Position numbers and translations under genes: made by a program. A stretch of DNA of 37,631 nt from a virus (Duplodnaviria > Caudoviricetes): positions 1-37,631 of the IMG/VR virus record IMGVR_UViG_3300011338_000631. One strand, given 5' to 3'. Position 1 is the first letter of the stretch, and each line of letters begins with the position of its first letter. Shown here in pieces: positions 33,586-37,631 of the stretch. The notes under the pieces are model-generated. The model was not told the DNA's origin. It was given only the letters and a program-made list of their open reading frames with translations, and did no database searches.

Positions 33586-35316
33586 CTACCTATTAGCCTC
33601 TGCTATAGCTGCTGCTGCAGCTCTCTCAGACTCTACTTTGTCGGCATAATATTGCTTGATGCCACTACTATTATTGTAGCTGTCATATGCAAAATTCATA
33701 AGTGCAGTACTATCTGGATGATCATCGTGAGCATCTTCCTCATCAGGATGGTGGACCACCATGTACTCTCCGACCTGTCGCTTTTCCAGGTCAATGAATT
33801 CATCCTCGAATTCTTCCGAGGCAATGGCTGTCTGCTGCTCGATCGTGAGCTCAGATCCAGGAGCAATCATCTTCACGCCTGCTGCGATTGGATCTTGCCA
33901 GTAGTACATGAGGTTGCCATTGACCTGCTTCTGGTAGAGAGCCTTGTACATAATGTCTTTGGTCATTCGAGAGAATTTCATCCTGAAGATCTTGTATGGT
34001 GAATGCCTCTCGAATTTGTCTGGCATGAAGTCACCCTGGCCAGTGGAGTCAATAGCACCTGCTGCGATCTTGAAGTACTTGAGCTCATCGATCAGGATGT
34101 CGAATTGATCCTCATAGTTTGTGCCTTTGCCAGCAGAGACTGATCTCACAATGGTCAGCTTGCCATCAATAACTCGGCCGATCTTGAGAATAGTCTGGTC
34201 AGTACTCTTTGCTGTGTCGAGACCGAAGTAGTGATCATGCTCAAGCCATGCTCTGTAGAGTGCATACTGCTCATCAGCGAGCTTGTGCTCCAGAGCCCAG
34301 GCATCACACTCAGGCAAGGATCTTCTGACTGCAGCTTTGTACCAGGTCCGATATTCCAGGAAGACAGGATCTGCAGATGGCTTCTCGAATGGCTTATTGA
34401 TACGACCAGCAATGAGCTGATGTGTGTCGATATACATTCCACCCTGAAGCTGCCACACATTGAAGTATGGCTTCTGGATCTCAGGACTCATGAGCCCTCG
34501 CTGGCCGATCAAGCTCTGCACAGTTCGCTCATAGACCAGATGCCGACCATCACCAGTCATGTCATACATCCTTCGCCTGTCAGCAGCGATCTCTGGATAT
34601 GTCATCACATAGGCTCGGCCCTTCTGAATGTCTCGGTAGAAGTCACACTTCCTCGAGCCAGCAGTACCGACCTTCACGATCACAGCATTAGTAGATGCAC
34701 CCATTGGCAGGATGTCTTCATTCACGATCTTATCATCAATGTCTTGAGCCTCTTCAATAATGATCAGGTGGAGAGTCTTGGACTCAGGCTTTGAGGTGGA
34801 TGTCACAGGGAATATGTAGCAGCTTGATCCATTGCCGAGCGTGATGGTTTTGGCATTGCTCTCTTCTTTGGCTTTGCGATTGGCATCATGATCAATGACC
34901 ATCAGATCCTGCTTCGATTTGGTCAGTGCATTCTTCAATCGCTTGAAGTCAGTATTCGCCTGCTCCTTCTGTGGAGCAAAGATGCCGATTTCTATCGGTA
35001 GATCAAAGAGCTTGGTCACGAATAGCATGATCGACTCGACTGTATGGACCAGAGATGTTGTCTTGCCAGATTGTCGAGTGTACTCAAAATTGAGCATCAC
35101 TGATTCGAGGGCATTGATGTCTTCCTCGGTGACACGCTTGCCAGTCAGGACCAGAAGATTCTGGACCAGAGGCAATACAATCATCCTCCAGATTCGCCAC
35201 TGGTAGCGATAGAATCTAGTCTTGTGGTACTTCCACAGGTGTCTCGCTGTCAGTCGCTGCAGTTTCAGTGTTATCTGCTGAGCTGATAGCGAGGTGGTCT
35301 GTGCTTGGCTCGTCAT
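33586..35316 (-). CDS. terL: Terminase large subunit
   Basis: RQSGKT Walker A, IIIEEAQ Walker B, VGTA, GLDTAK, IDSTGQG, HDDHPDS. Confidence 0.92.
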   Translation of the reverse strand: MTSQAQTTSLSAQQITLKLQRLTARHLWKYHKTRFYRYQWRIWRMIVLPLVQNLLVLTGKRVTEEDINALESVMLNFEYTRQSGKTTSLVHTVESIMLFVTKLFDLPIEIGIFAPQKEQANTDFKRLKNALTKSKQDLMVIDHDANRKAKEESNAKTITLGNGSSCYIFPVTSTSKPESKTLHLIIIEEAQDIDDKIVNEDILPMGASTNAVIVKVGTAGSRKCDFYRDIQKGRAYVMTYPEIAADRRRMYDMTGDGRHLVYERTVQSLIGQRGLMSPEIQKPYFNVWQLQGGMYIDTHQLIAGRINKPFEKPSADPVFLEYRTWYKAAVRRSLPECDAWALEHKLADEQYALYRAWLEHDHYFGLDTAKSTDQTILKIGRVIDGKLTIVRSVSAGKGTNYEDQFDILIDELKYFKIAAGAIDSTGQGDFMPDKFERHSPYKIFRMKFSRMTKDIMYKALYQKQVNGNLMYYWQDPIAAGVKMIAPGSELTIEQQTAIASEEFEDEFIDLEKRQVGEYMVVHHPDEEDAHDDHPDSTALMNFAYDSYNNSSGIKQYYADKVESERAAAAAIAEANR

Positions 35317-35839
35317 CGATTATTATCTCCCCATCTTGCATCAAGCCGAATTCTTCAAGCAGAGCTTCGACAGGATCTTTTGCTCCTGCAGGTGGCAGGT
35401 CTTTGACATTGGTAGGCTCACGAAGCTCGACCTTGAGGATCTCATAACAGAGCTTCTTGTCCATCATGTTCAAGCGATCCCATCTACCGACATCCTTCAC
35501 AATGTTTGCGATGAGCTGTGCTTTGGCAGCCCTGAGTGTCGGCACATTCTTTCGCTCGAGCTTGAGTGCTTCCTCTATTGCATTCTGAGTAATTTGCTCC
35601 TGAAATGCTTCTCGCTTCTTACCCCATCCAGCGACCTTTGTCATTGTGTGACCAGAGCGGATTTTCTTGGCAGGCCAGCCCATGACCTCATTCAGCCAGG
35701 TCTGCACTTTGGTATGAGTCTCATTCAAAATGAAGGCTCGCTCAAGAGCAGCCCAGTCCGTATATGGCACTAGTGCTGTGATGGCATGCTCAGGATTTTT
35801 AGAGATGCCATCGATTGCCGATCGTGGCTTCTGTGACAT
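35216..35839 (-). CDS. Putative terminase small subunit
   Basis: Directly upstream of terL; DWAALERAF...GWGKKREAF pattern. Confidence 0.65.
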   Translation of the reverse strand: MSQKPRSAIDGISKNPEHAITALVPYTDWAALERAFILNETHTKVQTWLNEVMGWPAKKIRSGHTMTKVAGWGKKREAFQEQITQNAIEEALKLERKNVPTLRAAKAQLIANIVKDVGRWDRLNMMDKKLCYEILKVELREPTNVKDLPPAGAKDPVEALLEEFGLMQDGEIIIDDEPSTDHLAISSADNTETAATDSETPVEVPQD

Positions 35840-35842
35840 CTC

Positions 35843-36037
35843 CTACCCCTTCTTGATTTGTGGCCGACTATCCCCATCAAGCACTTCAATGCCGATGATT
35901 GAATATGTTGTCCGCTCCTTGATTTGTTTTGCCTTCTCCAGAGCCTCTGCTTCATTTGCTGCAGTCACCACTATATTGATGACAGCGAGCTTGCCGAGGT
36001 CACTCTCATTGAATGCCTGGACTGTGTATTTGTACAT
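35843..36037 (-). CDS. Hypothetical protein (64 aa)
   Basis: RBS AAGGAGG; VTAANEAEALEKA. Confidence 0.7.
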   Translation of the reverse strand: MYKYTVQAFNESDLGKLAVINIVVTAANEAEALEKAKQIKERTTYSIIGIEVLDGDSRPQIKKG

Positions 36038-36221
36038 GACTTCCCTCCTTATTTTGCGACTCAGCTACCATGCGGAATGCTGACTCAATTATATCCTCTG
36101 TGTGAAGATCCGACAGATATTGCCAGTGCTCCCTGCAGAGCAGCAGCTTCTCACCATTATGACTCAGACATGTGCCTGACCATTTCTTGCAGCCTTTGAA
36201 TGCACACCTACCGAAGTTCAT
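36006..36221 (-). CDS. Hypothetical protein with C-x4-C...C-x2-H motif
   Basis: CAFKGC...LCREH. Confidence 0.6.
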   Translation of the reverse strand: MNFGRCAFKGCKKWSGTCLSHNGEKLLLCREHWQYLSDLHTEDIIESAFRMVAESQNKEGSHVQIHSPGIQ

Positions 36222-36396
36222 CGAGATCCCTCTGCAGCTTCTCCTGGACTTTCACAGCCAGATCATGCATCTGCATCCACTCTACATAATGAATGTGAGG
36301 CGAGAGCCTGATGATCCTCTGGCAGACAAACAGACCAGACTTGATAGCCATCCGCTCATTGAGTCGCTGCAGCCATTGATTGAATGCTTCCATCAA
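36208..36396 (-). CDS. Hypothetical protein (62 aa)
   Basis: Coupled to the upstream stop. Confidence 0.55.
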   Translation of the reverse strand: MMEAFNQWLQRLNERMAIKSGLFVCQRIIRLSPHIHYVEWMQMHDLAVKVQEKLQRDLDELR

Positions 36397-36704
36397 AATG
36401 TACTCCCCAGGCGATTCTCTTTGAGTGCTAGGCGAGCCTCCAGTATCATCTGCAGCTTGCCATCGGCCAGCTTGAAGCGAAGCCTCCTGACACTGCTGGA
36501 GATGCTAGGCTGGCTCACATCAAACACAGCACCGATCTCGGCATGTGTATATCCAGCACAGAGCAGATCGACTATGAGCTGCTCTCTGAAGGTCAATAGA
36601 TCATAAGTCTCCTCAGCGACATTGAAGCCGACTGCCTTCTCTAGTGGCGTGATAGCTGCGAACATGTCATTTTTGTCCACTTCTTCGAGGTGTTTGTTTT
36701 GCAT
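36393..36704 (-). CDS. Sigma70 region 4/LuxR-type HTH regulator
   Basis: LTFREQLIVDLLCAGYTHAEIGAVFDVSQPSISSSVRR. Confidence 0.8.
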   Translation of the reverse strand: MQNKHLEEVDKNDMFAAITPLEKAVGFNVAEETYDLLTFREQLIVDLLCAGYTHAEIGAVFDVSQPSISSSVRRLRFKLADGKLQMILEARLALKENRLGSTF

Positions 36705-36900
36705 GCTGATCCCGCCTTGTGATTCCGACAGTGCCATCTGGAGCTCTGCCTATTGTGGCACTTTTGTCTCGGACAATTCTGGCTGATACATCTCGACCGC
36801 ATCTGTAGCATGGCACGACCACTGTCTCTTTATTCATACCATCAAGAAATACATCTTGATCGAAGCCACACCACTCATGCTTGTATCTATAGACTGCCAT
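36667..36900 (-). CDS. FmdB-like zinc-ribbon protein
   Basis: MAVYRYKHEWCG...CYRCG. Confidence 0.6.
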   Translation of the reverse strand: MAVYRYKHEWCGFDQDVFLDGMNKETVVVPCYRCGRDVSARIVRDKSATIGRAPDGTVGITRRDQHAKQTPRRSGQK

Positions 36901-37631
36901 TATTTTTTCCTCTGTCTCTCCAGCTTCCTCCGCTGAGCACGATTCATGAATTCACTGCCATTGACTGCTGCTTCTCGGACCGAGGCCAGCTTGACATTTT
37001 CTTCGGCTGCTGCGATAGCTGCTTCATCGACTACTGAGATCCACTGCTTGCAGATATTGGACCAGTTCAGTTCAGTCACCCACTGGAATGCAGCATTGAC
37101 ATTCGGTAGATTCTTGCCATCCATAATATCCTCGATGGCATCTGCTGCTGCTTTGACATCCATGAGTGGCCTGAGCCTCTCATTGTCACCTTCCTTCACG
37201 ATCCACATGCTCGGATCTGCACCGCTAGGGATCAGCTTGACTCGATTGTTTGCTCCCATCTCAGAGAAGCTCGTATTGTCTGGAGCGACCACAGGAGTCT
37301 TTGTGGCCATTGCTTCTGTCATGGACAAGCCCCATCCTTCACCGAGCGTGGTACTGAGCACCAGGTCGGCTGCATTGTAGATACGATTCACATCCTCGAT
37401 CGGCATGCCTTGATTGGCATTGAAGATCTTCGGACTTGGCAGGAAGAATTCATACTCATTGCCGAGACCGAGCTGATTGGCCATCGTGAATATGTTGCCA
37501 CCTGAGTCTTCGTATTGCATGTGCAGGTAGAGCAAAGGTCTTCGACCACGATCCCACAGCTCCTTCAGGATCATGAGATTGCGAGCAATATCTTTGCGAG
37601 GCTGATTGCGATTCACATTGACTATCAGGAA
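36900..37631 (-). CDS. GT4-like glycosyltransferase, C-terminal part (starts at 885 across the join)
   Basis: NRNQPRK, IYNAADLVLSTTLGEGWGLSMTEAMATKTPVVAP (EX7E). Confidence 0.9.
   Translation of the reverse strand, partial: FLIVNVNRNQPRKDIARNLMILKELWDRGRRPLLYLHMQYEDSGGNIFTMANQLGLGNEYEFFLPSPKIFNANQGMPIEDVNRIYNAADLVLSTTLGEGWGLSMTEAMATKTPVVAPDNTSFSEMGANNRVKLIPSGADPSMWIVKEGDNERLRPLMDVKAAADAIEDIMDGKNLPNVNAAFQWVTELNWSNICKQWISVVDEAAIAAAEENVKLASVREAAVNGSEFMNRAQRRKLERQRKK
37431..37631. repeat. Terminal direct repeat, right copy
   Basis: Matches 1-201 with one mismatch. Confidence 0.97.

Noticed and set aside
262-37380. Many plus-strand ORFs of 60-224 aa in the ORF track
   Set aside because: They are antisense shadows of motif-bearing minus-strand genes, with no RBS or motifs; only 14038-14661 is supported

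Overview
The window is a complete, circularly permuted siphovirus-type dsDNA phage genome of about 37,430 bp: bases 1-201 recur at 37431-37631 with one mismatch, and a glycosyltransferase gene crosses the join. Almost all genes are on the minus strand. One tightly coupled run starts at a sigma70-like promoter near 8.7 kb. It encodes GroES/GroEL, then a deoxy-amino-sugar synthesis and transfer cluster (DegT aminotransferase, GNAT, FkbM methyltransferase, RmlB-like dehydratase, three glycosyltransferases), and continues across the join into terminase, portal, head, tail and lysis genes. A second operon (13.3 to 8.9 kb) holds a RecT-like recombinase, a DnaQ-like exonuclease, RusA and small zinc-finger genes. 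The 13.3-15.4 kb control region has a Rep-like gene, DnaA-box-like sites, the only plus-strand gene (a membrane-anchored lytic transglycosylase) and two promoter-hairpin-U-tract small RNA candidates. I recognised no integrase, repressor, polymerase, primase or helicase. The strongest novelty candidates are (1) a ~40-nt hairpin RNA whose loop is antisense to an extended ribosome-binding motif (GGAGGTGCAA) shared by key phage genes, and (2) a viosamine-type virion glycosylation pathway matched by a T-x-S-G motif enriched in outer virion proteins. A Saccharibacteria/Patescibacteria host is an inference only. Two apparent lesions (tail tube frameshift, an internal TAG) may be sequencing errors. 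All calls come from reading motifs by eye; no database searches were run.
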